Assembly (NCBI GenBank): GCA_016926735.1
Contig: JAFGOA010000175.1
Coordinates: 1 to 27,369, forward strand
Reading direction: 5' to 3'
Length of the DNA stretch: 27,369 bases
Source of the DNA: Promethearchaeota archaeon
Lineage (GTDB): Archaea; Asgardarchaeota; Lokiarchaeia; Sigyniarchaeales; SOKP01
The notes beneath the pieces are model-generated. The model searched no databases, was not told where the DNA came from, and was given only the letters and a program-made list of their open reading frames with translations. Of the stretch, positions 19,252-27,369 are shown in pieces (the first letter of the stretch is position 1; every line of letters starts with the position of its first letter). The translations under genes and the position numbers were made by a program.

Positions 19252-20052
19252 ATGGATACTCTAAAACAAAGAAAATCAATATTGGAACAAAATACAAATT
19301 TACAAAAAAGAGTTGAACTTCCAATTCATGAATTTTTTATTATTAATTTTGTATCATATATGATTCCTTTATATTTTTGTATTGGAATAATAATATATAT
19401 CGAATATTTTCTATTGTTTATACTATCTATAGATCTATTATTACATCTTATCATTTTCCCTTCAATAATATTATTAATTTATTATCTGTTTATTATAGTT
19501 TTCATTGAATTAGCTTCTTTTTGGATAAAAAGATGGAATAAAAAAGTTCAACCAAAAGTAGGAGTTTATAAACGAGTTTTAGACAATAAAGAATCAGAAG
19601 AGGGAGAATTAATTCGATATTATCATAGAAGAGGATTTCTATTAAGATTATGTATTTGGGTAAGTTCAAAATCCCCCTTTCCTTGGCTTTTAAATAGAGC
19701 ATTAAGGAGAGTAGGACATAATAGGATAGGTAAAAATGTAATCTATTGTAATAGTTATGTAGGATTAGAATTTACTGATTTGGGAGATAATTGTTTCTTT
19801 TATCCAACATCTCTTGTTTCAAGCCATAGTGTTGAGTCTATTTTTGGAAAACTTAGTTTACATGAAATTATTATTAAAAAAAACACTATTGTTTATCCCG
19901 GAAATACAATAGGTCCCGGTTCTCAAACTAAAGAAAATGATGTTATTTATCCAAATTCTTTATTGCATAAAAATTGGCGGGGTTCAAAAAATAATTCATA
20001 TTTTCAAGGTGTACCGGCTAAACCAATAAATGAGAAAAAAAATATAGAATGA
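19252..20052 (+). CDS. Membrane protein with a C-terminal left-handed beta-helix (hexapeptide) acyltransferase-like domain
   Basis: Two N-terminal TM helices, then RVGHNRIGKNV, TDLGDNC, SSHS, TIGPGS, FQGVPAKPI. Confidence 0.75.
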   Translation: MDTLKQRKSILEQNTNLQKRVELPIHEFFIINFVSYMIPLYFCIGIIIYIEYFLLFILSIDLLLHLIIFPSIILLIYYLFIIVFIELASFWIKRWNKKVQPKVGVYKRVLDNKESEEGELIRYYHRRGFLLRLCIWVSSKSPFPWLLNRALRRVGHNRIGKNVIYCNSYVGLEFTDLGDNCFFYPTSLVSSHSVESIFGKLSLHEIIIKKNTIVYPGNTIGPGSQTKENDVIYPNSLLHKNWRGSKNNSYFQGVPAKPINEKKNIE

Positions 20053-20351
20053 ATAATTTTTCTTTAAACTTGAATATCTCTATTAGTAATTTTAATAAAT
20101 AATAAATATTTAAGTGTTAAAGGATAAAATCTCTGTAATTTTATAATTTTATCTTTGTTCTTAATATTAAAAATTATTTCTATAATTTACAATAGAAATA
20201 AATTTAATATATTATATACGTTAGGTTTAATTTTCGAAAAATTCTATAATCTTTTTTAGAACATTTTACTTTTGAATTTAAAAAAAAAAAGGTTTTTTAT
20301 CTTATCTCATCTTATGAAATGGATAAATATTCTTCAGTTAATTTCAAAATC

Positions 20352-20389
20352 AAAAAGTTTTTATACTGTAATGGGAGAACAAACCCATT
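20352..20389 (+). promoter_or_regulatory. Putative promoter AAAAAG-TTTTTATA with adjacent inverted repeat AATGGG-N8-CCCATT
   Basis: TATA-like box at 20358-20365; arms at 20370-20375 and 20384-20389; about 100 bp upstream of the TFS-like gene. Confidence 0.35.
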
Positions 20390-20472
20390 TTAGATAAGTT
20401 TAAATTTGCGAATTTACTTTAACATAAAGATAATATAAAAAAACAAGAATATATTGAGGAAGGCTAATAAAA

Positions 20473-20724
20473 ATGAGGTTCTGTCCAAGTTGTGATAATA
20501 TTTTAATTCCAAAAGACAAGAAACTCTTTTGTAAAGCATGTGAAGAATATTTTGAATTTGGGAAAGGTCAAGATGACTATAAAATCATTAAGATCATCAA
20601 ACATGATGATAAAGAGACTTCTCCTATAATTATTAAAGATATGTCTAAGAAGGATAGAATTTCTATTGAAGATCGAAAAGCTTATGAAGAGTTTTTTTCT
20701 GGAAGTGAAGAATCAGGGTATTAA
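20473..20724 (+). CDS. TFS/RpoM (Rpb9-type) N-terminal zinc-ribbon protein lacking the C-terminal ribbon
   Basis: MRFCPSCDNILIP...LFCKAC; Shine-Dalgarno-like GAGGAAGG upstream; no second CxxC pair. Confidence 0.8.
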   Translation: MRFCPSCDNILIPKDKKLFCKACEEYFEFGKGQDDYKIIKIIKHDDKETSPIIIKDMSKKDRISIEDRKAYEEFFSGSEESGY

Positions 20725-20845
20725 AATTATTATCAAGGGTAAAGGTATACAAAGATAAAAGTTATTATATAGCAAGTTCGATTTTGAAACTTTTTAAATT
20801 ATAATAAATTATTACTATTAAATCAATAAAGATCAAATAATAATT

Positions 20846-21265
20846 ATGCCAGAGATATACATAAGCTATAACATAAATGATAAAAAATCTATGTATAACC
20901 CAGGAGATATTATATCTGGTATATTTACACTAGAAAATCGGTATTTTAAAGAACAGAAATTAAAAAAAGTAATAATAAAGTATGTGGAATATTATTCTCT
21001 ACGTGAACATATTTTATTTAAACATATATGGAGCCCTATAATGAAAACTCTAAAAGAAACTGTTGTTGACAAAGGAAGAATTATCAAAGCCTATGAAAAA
21101 TTAAACTATAGTTTTAAATTTAAAATGCCCTCAGAATTTAAGGAAAGGAATTCTCCTAAAATAAAAGATTGGAAACTTATTCTTTGTTTTTTTGAGAAAA
21201 CAGGATTGGTTTCAACAACTGGAGCGGAAGGAAATGGTGTTTTTGAAGTTCCTATTAAAATATAA
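20846..21265 (+). CDS. Hypothetical protein, arrestin-N/SpoOM-like beta-sandwich
   Basis: YNPGDIISGIFTL...KLKKVIIKY...YSFKFKMP...WKL...EVPI pattern. Confidence 0.6.
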   Translation: MPEIYISYNINDKKSMYNPGDIISGIFTLENRYFKEQKLKKVIIKYVEYYSLREHILFKHIWSPIMKTLKETVVDKGRIIKAYEKLNYSFKFKMPSEFKERNSPKIKDWKLILCFFEKTGLVSTTGAEGNGVFEVPIKI

Positions 21266-21274
21266 AAAATATAT

Positions 21275-21706
21275 CTAATCAAATTTATTTATTTCGAAAA
21301 TATTAATAAGTGAACTCATTTTCTTTTCTAGATCTTTTATTTCAGTATTTTTTAATGAGTGAAGAACAATATTTTTATCTGATTCAGATATAGATGTAAG
21401 ATTATCAAGAAATTTTTTTAAAAAGAATACTTTTTTAGTAGGATTTTTTTTGATATCTACTATAATATTTCCAATAAATTGTTTTATTATCAATGGTTTC
21501 TCACTCTTTATATTATCTTCTGTTTTTCTCTCAGAAATCCGCAATTTGTTAAAAATAGGATGATTAGTGATAATATCTTTAAAAATATTTTCCATCATTG
21601 TTTCTCTTGATTGAAAAGGCAATTTAGAGAGAAAACTAATAAATTTATCATTTTTATCCTCAATCTCATTAATCTTTGACAAGATTTTACTCCATTTATC
21701 TTCCAT
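21275..21706 (-). CDS. Hypothetical helical protein
   Basis: 143-aa ORF with an ATG start and a GAAGAGAAG purine run upstream; no motif recognised. Confidence 0.7.
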   Translation of the reverse strand: MEDKWSKILSKINEIEDKNDKFISFLSKLPFQSRETMMENIFKDIITNHPIFNKLRISERKTEDNIKSEKPLIIKQFIGNIIVDIKKNPTKKVFFLKKFLDNLTSISESDKNIVLHSLKNTEIKDLEKKMSSLINIFEINKFD

Positions 21707-21765
21707 ATATTTATACTTCTCTTCTAAATTTTTAAATTTATCTGAATATTAGTATTGATATTAAA

Positions 21766-22497
21766 ATGGAAAATAAAATAAAAATAAATGAATTTCAAAA
21801 GCGTATAAATTATAAGTTTGTAGATGAAAATATATTAATTCAAGCTTTAACTACTCCTCAATATGCTAATGAAAATAATAGTTTAGATTATGAAATTTTA
21901 GAAATAATTGGAGATGCTGTGATTAAATTGATATTTATTCTAAAAAAATATCAAGAAGGGATAAGATCTCCGGGATTAATTACCAAGATAAAACAACAAT
22001 TAGAAAATGATAAAATGCTTAAAAAAATTGCTGCAAAATATTTTAACATAAATAACTATATTATAAAGTCTCAAAATCAAGAGATATCTGGTACTAAAAT
22101 AATGGCTGATATCTTTGAAGCAATTTGTGGTGCTATATTTATGGATTCAAATAGAAATCTTAATGCTGTTGAAAAGAATATTATTGATCAATTTTATAAT
22201 GATTGGAATGAATTAATAGAAAAATCTTCAATTTTTCGTAAAAATAAATTATTAGAATTCTTACAATCTCAATTGAGATTTACTCCAATTATTAATTTAC
22301 AATTTGAATCAACAGGATTACAAAATAACCCATTATGGGTGGCAAAAGATCCTAAAATACTGACACCTAATCATAAAAAAATAAGATATTTAAATAAATT
22401 TATAAAAAATCTTGTATCTAAGGAATCTAAAACTAAAAAGGAAGCAGAACAAGATCTTTTCGCTAAAATACTTGATCTTTTTAGAAAAAATTTATAA
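21766..22497 (+). CDS. rnc: Ribonuclease III family protein with a C-terminal dsRBD-like domain
   Basis: INYKF.DENILIQALT; signature YEILEIIGDAV (cf. ERLEFLGDAV); ADIFEAICGAIFMDS; dsRBD-like KNKLLEFLQ...SKTKKEAEQ. Confidence 0.9.
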   Translation: MENKIKINEFQKRINYKFVDENILIQALTTPQYANENNSLDYEILEIIGDAVIKLIFILKKYQEGIRSPGLITKIKQQLENDKMLKKIAAKYFNINNYIIKSQNQEISGTKIMADIFEAICGAIFMDSNRNLNAVEKNIIDQFYNDWNELIEKSSIFRKNKLLEFLQSQLRFTPIINLQFESTGLQNNPLWVAKDPKILTPNHKKIRYLNKFIKNLVSKESKTKKEAEQDLFAKILDLFRKNL

Positions 22498-22511
22498 AAT
22501 AGTTTTTTATT

Positions 22512-22877
22512 ATGAATATAATGAAAAATAACGAAGAAGGGTCACTGAAATACTATCGATGCAATATATGCAACTTAACACATGAAGTATTCATAAAAAA
22601 AAGTATTATAGAAGGTCAGAGCAAATACCCTTTTCCTTATGTGTTCTTACATGATTCAATGGTAAATGGAGATATACAAGAATTATTAACAATATTATAT
22701 ATCGATAGTAATGGAAAAGTACGCGGATCAGAAATACAAAAATTAGGAGATAATAATTTATTCTCCAAAGAGCAGGTAATTAATATTGTAAAACCTCTGG
22801 TTGAAGAAATTGAGCGATTACAAGAGGATCATTCAAAATTAACAAAAGAAATCGATAAATTGAAGTTAAAATCTTAA
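22512..22877 (+). CDS. Hypothetical protein (CxxC...H N-terminus, C-terminal coiled coil)
   Basis: CNICNLTH, PFPYVFLH, ILYIDSNGKVRGSE; 14 bp downstream of rnc. Confidence 0.75.
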   Translation: MNIMKNNEEGSLKYYRCNICNLTHEVFIKKSIIEGQSKYPFPYVFLHDSMVNGDIQELLTILYIDSNGKVRGSEIQKLGDNNLFSKEQVINIVKPLVEEIERLQEDHSKLTKEIDKLKLKS

Positions 22878-23464
22878 TTTTTTTTCAAGAATTCTACTAA
22901 TTTTTTAATAGCTAATCCTCTATGGGAGATATTATTTTTTTCATTCATATTAATTTCTGCAAATGTTTTATCAGGATAGTCATTTGGTATAAAGATTGGA
23001 TCATATCCAAATCCATTAGTACCTCTAATTCTTGGAGAGACTCTTCCCTCAATGATCCCTTCAAATAAAAATTCTTTTTCTAATGGCTTAAAGTAAAGAG
23101 CAATAATAGAAGAAAAATGAGCTTTTGTAATTTCAAAATTGTCTATTAACTTTAAAACTCCTTCATTTCCTATTGTTCTAAATATGTAGGAGGAATATAC
23201 CCCAGGAAATCCATTTAAAGGATAATCTATAAAAAATCCTGCATCTTCTATAAAGTAAGAACCCTTTATATCGTCTTTAATTGAGCGTAATTTAAAAAAA
23301 GCTATTTCCTTAGGATTATCGGATTGAATTTCAATTAGATTTATATTTAACTGTTTTAATTGATATTTTATATTTTTTGATTGCAGAGCTAAAGAAATTT
23401 CATTAAACTTATGATTATTTCCAGTAATAAAATATAAAATATCTTTTTTTTTTTTCATATACAA
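22874..23464 (-). CDS. rdgB: Non-canonical purine NTP pyrophosphatase (ITPase/Ham1)
   Basis: FITGNNHK, EIQ, EDAG, GFPGVYS, GFGYDPIF, KNNISHRG. Confidence 0.96.
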   Translation of the reverse strand: MYMKKKKDILYFITGNNHKFNEISLALQSKNIKYQLKQLNINLIEIQSDNPKEIAFFKLRSIKDDIKGSYFIEDAGFFIDYPLNGFPGVYSSYIFRTIGNEGVLKLIDNFEITKAHFSSIIALYFKPLEKEFLFEGIIEGRVSPRIRGTNGFGYDPIFIPNDYPDKTFAEINMNEKNNISHRGLAIKKLVEFLKKN

Positions 23465-23627
23465 ATTTAAATCTCCTTTTTTTACATATTAATTTTTCAT
23501 GTACTTATTTTTCTTTGGGAAAAATCCAAAAATTTTATTTGTTTTGATATACTATCTCTCTAAAATGAATTTAGATTCTAAGAATTTTCTTTATTACAAA
23601 TAATTTTTAACTTTCAAGTGGAAAAAA

Positions 23628-24086
23628 ATGGCACGATTACATAGTCGTAAAAAAGGCAAATCTGGGAGTACACGTCCAGCAAGATTAGAGAAACCAGTAT
23701 GGATAGAACATTCAGCTGAAGAAGTTGAATCAGAAATTATTAAAAATGCTAAAAAAGGATATACTAAATCAATAATTGGAATGAAATTAAGAGATTCTTT
23801 TGGCGTACCATTATCTAAAATAATTACTGGTAAGAAGATCGGTCAAATATTAGAAGAAAATGATCTTACGGAACCTTTACCTGAAGATTTAAAAGATCTT
23901 ATTAAAAAAGCTCTTCGAATTAGAAATCATTTGGAAAAAAACTTTAAAGATCTCGACAGTAAAAAAGGACTTCAACGAACCGAGTCTAAAATTTATCGTT
24001 TAATAAAATATTATAAGAAGAAAAGAGTCTTAGCTCAAGATTTCAAATATGATTCTGATAAGATAAGAACATTAGTTGCAAAATAA
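23628..24086 (+). CDS. rps15: 30S ribosomal protein uS15 (archaeal S15/S13e type)
   Basis: MARLHSRKKGKSGSTRP, IGMKLRD, LPEDL, ESKIYRLIKYYK. Confidence 0.98.
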   Translation: MARLHSRKKGKSGSTRPARLEKPVWIEHSAEEVESEIIKNAKKGYTKSIIGMKLRDSFGVPLSKIITGKKIGQILEENDLTEPLPEDLKDLIKKALRIRNHLEKNFKDLDSKKGLQRTESKIYRLIKYYKKKRVLAQDFKYDSDKIRTLVAK

Positions 24087-24115
24087 ATTTAAAATAATAT
24101 TGGTAGAATTATACT

Positions 24116-24844
24116 ATGGCTAAAAAAAGAGTAAGACAAAAGAAAACAACTTTTAAAGAAAAAACCTGGTTTACAGTAGAAGCACCTAAAAGTTTTAAAA
24201 ATAAAAGAATTGGGAATATAATTGGGTTAGATAATAATATAATTGGGAGAACCATGGAAACCCTTTTATTTGATTTTACAGATAATTATGATGATATTAC
24301 GTGTAAATTAAAATTTCGAGTTACTCATTTTGATCAAGGAACTAACGTTTGTAAATCAATTTTTATTGGACATTCATATACAAATGATTTTATTAGAAGC
24401 CTTGTTGAAAAACCAGCAAGCAAAGTTACTCTTATCCATAACTTTACAACAAAGGATAAATATGTTTATAGAGTAACCGTAGTTTGCGTTACAATTAAAA
24501 GAGCTAGAAGTTCTCAACAAGACATCATACGAAAAATAATGATGGATATAATTGCCGAATTTGCTAAATCATTAAATCATGAAAAATTCGTACGAGGAAT
24601 AGTATATGGAGAATTCCAAAAACAAATAGCAAGAGTAGCAAAATCCATATATCCTCTTTCAAGTTGTACTGCTGTAAAAAGTAAATTGCTAACAACTCCA
24701 GAAGGCGGTGAAGATAAAATAATTCCAGATGACGATTTTAACATCGTAGAACTTGAGTTTGAACGCACAAGAAAATCCGAAATAAAAAGATCTGAACGAA
24801 TTAATGTAAAGAAGCTAGCACAAGATAAATCTAATAATGATTAA
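24116..24844 (+). CDS. rps3ae: 30S ribosomal protein eS1 (S3Ae)
   Basis: KEKTWFTVEAP, IIGRTMETLL, KLKFRV, FIGH...DFIRSLV, TTKD, IYPL. Confidence 0.95.
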   Translation: MAKKRVRQKKTTFKEKTWFTVEAPKSFKNKRIGNIIGLDNNIIGRTMETLLFDFTDNYDDITCKLKFRVTHFDQGTNVCKSIFIGHSYTNDFIRSLVEKPASKVTLIHNFTTKDKYVYRVTVVCVTIKRARSSQQDIIRKIMMDIIAEFAKSLNHEKFVRGIVYGEFQKQIARVAKSIYPLSSCTAVKSKLLTTPEGGEDKIIPDDDFNIVELEFERTRKSEIKRSERINVKKLAQDKSNND

Positions 24845-24943
24845 TCAATAACTCTAATTTTTTATAATTTGAACAAAAATTCTTTTTTTCCAAATATAGT
24901 GTTATTTTTTTAAAATCGAAGAATTTTATTAAAAATAATCTAG

Positions 24944-26233
24944 CTATTTTATTTTTCTATTCTGAATTCCTTTATAGGGATCATGGTAATATAGGGTATT
25001 AGAAGGAATATCTTCATTTACTAAAGTATTAGCTCCTATAATCGAATTAACACCTATCTTTTTTCCACACATAATACTTACATTTATTCCTATTTTAACG
25101 TTTGAACCAATTATTGCTCCTAATTTTCTCTTTTTAGAATCAATAATTTCATTTTTTATTCCTATTCTTATATTTTTATTATCTAATCTCAGATTTGCGA
25201 CTTTAGTACCGGCTCCAAAATTAACATTATTACATATTATTGAATCTCCAATATAGTTAAAGTGAGGAATATTTGTATTAGAAAGAATAATAGAGTTTTT
25301 AATTTCTGAAATACCAATATGACAGTTATCTTGTATAAAGGTATAAGGTCGTAAATATGCATTAGGTCCAATTTTGTTATTTTTTCCAATATAGCAGGGT
25401 CCTTCAATATATGTTCCAGATTTTATTATCGTTCCTTCTTCAATATAAGCAATACCATTGATATATACATTTGACTCAATAATACCTTTTTTTTTTTCCT
25501 CTAATTTTTCTAAAATATATTTATTTGCGTCTAATAATTGCCATGGTAATCCAATATCATTCCAATAGAGATTTTTTGAAATATATCCTAAAATTGTTCC
25601 TTTTAATTCAGTAATCAATATTGCCATAGAATCAGTAAATTCATATTCATTTCTTATTGAAAGTTTAGTAAGATCAATTGCTTTGAATAACAATGGTTTA
25701 AAAATATAGATTCCTATGTTTGCTAATTTTCCTAAATTTTTTTCTACAGAAGGTTTTTCTATTATTTTTTCTACATATCCTTCTTCATCAAGAGAGATAA
25801 TTCCATAATTATATGGATTATCTACTTCTAATAAAGATATTAATCCCGTAGGCTTTTTTTTATGATATTCATTTATTATATTTTTAAATATTAGAGGATC
25901 AACGACAATGTCACCATACATCATCAAAAAAATATCATCAGCTACAAATTCTCTTGCATAACTAGCAGCATTTGCAGTACCTAAATATTCTTTTTGTGAA
26001 ATATATTGAATTTCTATATCAAATTTGTCCTTTCCATCTCCAAAATATTCTTTTATAATATCTTCTTTATACCCTACAATCAAAAGAATTTTATCTATTC
26101 CTGCATCTCTTAAACCTATAATATTATGTTCCAATAAAGGTTTACCCGCTATTGGAATCATTGGTTTAGGGATTGATGATGTTACAGGATTTAATCTATT
26201 ACCTTCTCCAGCTGCTAGAATAACTGCTTTCAT
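24944..26233 (-). CDS. glmU: Archaeal bifunctional sugar-1-phosphate nucleotidyltransferase/acetyltransferase (GlmU-like)
   Basis: MKAVILAAGEG.RL.P....PKPM, LGTA, EKP, RNEYEFTD, then hexapeptide repeats with PHFNYIGDS and NFGAGT. Confidence 0.9.
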   Translation of the reverse strand: MKAVILAAGEGNRLNPVTSSIPKPMIPIAGKPLLEHNIIGLRDAGIDKILLIVGYKEDIIKEYFGDGKDKFDIEIQYISQKEYLGTANAASYAREFVADDIFLMMYGDIVVDPLIFKNIINEYHKKKPTGLISLLEVDNPYNYGIISLDEEGYVEKIIEKPSVEKNLGKLANIGIYIFKPLLFKAIDLTKLSIRNEYEFTDSMAILITELKGTILGYISKNLYWNDIGLPWQLLDANKYILEKLEEKKKGIIESNVYINGIAYIEEGTIIKSGTYIEGPCYIGKNNKIGPNAYLRPYTFIQDNCHIGISEIKNSIILSNTNIPHFNYIGDSIICNNVNFGAGTKVANLRLDNKNIRIGIKNEIIDSKKRKLGAIIGSNVKIGINVSIMCGKKIGVNSIIGANTLVNEDIPSNTLYYHDPYKGIQNRKIK

Positions 26234-26323
26234 AATATATATTATTTATTTAGTTGATATATCAATATAGTTGTTTGATAAAGAAAAATTCATCTCAAAT
26301 AAAATACTAAAAATAATTAAATA

Positions 26324-27235
26324 TCAGACTAAATTGTTCAAATATTCACTCAAATGCTTATATGGTTTTAAATCGCCACCAAAATCTTCGGAGAGTATTT
26401 CTTCTTTTGCGATTTGATCCTTAAGTTTGAGTAAAATTTTTGAAATTTTGTATACATCCCCAGATCCTACTAGATCAAGAGAATATCCATATATATTATC
26501 ATAAAGAATGACAATATTTTCAAGATCTTCTCTTAAATCATTAATATGAATTTCTTTAATACAGGTCTTGGCTCTAATTATAGTATTCATAGCAATTGTG
26601 GCTAATTTAGCGGAGAGTTTAGAACTAAAAACTTCAATTTTTTCTTCATTAGATTCTTCTTTAAGGGTATCTATGAATTCGATATTATATAATCTTGAAA
26701 TAATAGGAAGTCCTTGATTAGATATTCCACAATATAAAATCTTATTTCCATTCTTAAGACATAATTCATCCTCATCTTCAATATCTTCGGAATTTATTTT
26801 AGATATGTTATCATTATATCGCAATTTAATATAATCTATTGTTAGAGCGATCATATCTTTTAACATTGCACTCTTAGAAGCTTGTTCTAATAATTCTATC
26901 GAGGAATAAGATGATTGTATCTTCTCATGAAATTCTCTGATCATATTATGAGTCTCTTCAGAAGTAATATCAAAATTTCCAGAGATACAATAGAATAAAT
27001 TTCGATTATCAGAAGTTAGAATGTGTTCAATTATAATTCCTTCAGTATTTCCATTATCTTCAAAAAATATACTATTTAAACGCCAAATATGTTTAGGATT
27101 AATACTATTAATTAATTTTTCAATGAATAAGATTGTTTCAAATAGAGAATATTTTAATTCATTTGAGCAAAAGAGTATATCCTCATCTAGAATGATTGAA
27201 AAACCTGTAATCATAATTGAAAAATAATACCTCAA
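26324..27235 (-). CDS. Hypothetical protein with two tandem longin-like domains
   Basis: Two ~130-aa units with beta-beta-alpha-beta-beta-beta-alpha-alpha patterning. The second has ILYCGISNQGLPIIS, LSAKLATI and FGGDLKPY. Likely start is the ATG at 27214. Confidence 0.6.
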   Translation of the reverse strand: MRYYFSIMITGFSIILDEDILFCSNELKYSLFETILFIEKLINSINPKHIWRLNSIFFEDNGNTEGIIIEHILTSDNRNLFYCISGNFDITSEETHNMIREFHEKIQSSYSSIELLEQASKSAMLKDMIALTIDYIKLRYNDNISKINSEDIEDEDELCLKNGNKILYCGISNQGLPIISRLYNIEFIDTLKEESNEEKIEVFSSKLSAKLATIAMNTIIRAKTCIKEIHINDLREDLENIVILYDNIYGYSLDLVGSGDVYKISKILLKLKDQIAKEEILSEDFGGDLKPYKHLSEYLNNLV

Positions 27236-27338
27236 AAATATATTTATTGATGATTATATCTTAAGAGTTAATAAAAGTATTAATTCTTTTTTATTTGAAT
27301 AAGAATTGAGTTTATAGTCGTCTTCTCTTATTTTATTA

Positions 27339-27369
<31 letters not shown>

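Noticed and set aside
17062-19702. ORFs 17062-17271(-), 17671-17949(-) and 19502-19702(-)
   Set aside because: Antisense to the MFS and beta-helix genes.
26232-26265. Palindromes ATAATATATATTAT and TTGATATATCAA upstream of glmU
   Set aside because: Almost entirely A/T and expected by chance in this composition; no clear second copy was found.
12422-26326. Selenocysteine or read-through at TGA-ending ORFs (12422, 20052, 26324)
   Set aside because: In-frame continuations are short and not protein-like, none of the genes is a selenoprotein family, and no SECIS was recognised.
24577-27227. ORFs 24577-24768(-), 26025-26270(+) and 27021-27227(+)
   Set aside because: Antisense to rps3ae, glmU and the longin-like gene.

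Overview
Very AT-rich archaeal chromosomal DNA, most likely from an Asgard (Lokiarchaeia-like) archaeon. The taxonomy is inferred from the archaeal uS15/eS1 genes, a TFS/RpoM-type zinc ribbon, an archaeal GlmU and longin-like and arrestin-like proteins. The left part carries a partial B12-dependent acyl-CoA mutase large subunit with non-canonical active-site residues (absent from the supplied ORF track) and a 1630-aa membrane-anchored clostripain-family protease with eight ~120-aa repeats. It also carries DUF362, SDR, UbiA, methyltransferase, membrane-bound wHTH and tandem ACT genes. The middle has a ~1.15 kb non-coding gap containing a promoter-like motif and a structured hairpin ahead of an MFS transporter. 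The right part has a truncated TFS paralog, an arrestin-N-like protein, an apparently intact RNase III with dsRBD, ITPase, rps15, rps3ae, GlmU and a tandem longin-like protein. The window ends in a (TAT)n microsatellite. I saw no tRNA, rRNA, CRISPR array or transposase. All family calls are by-eye motif recognition, not database searches.
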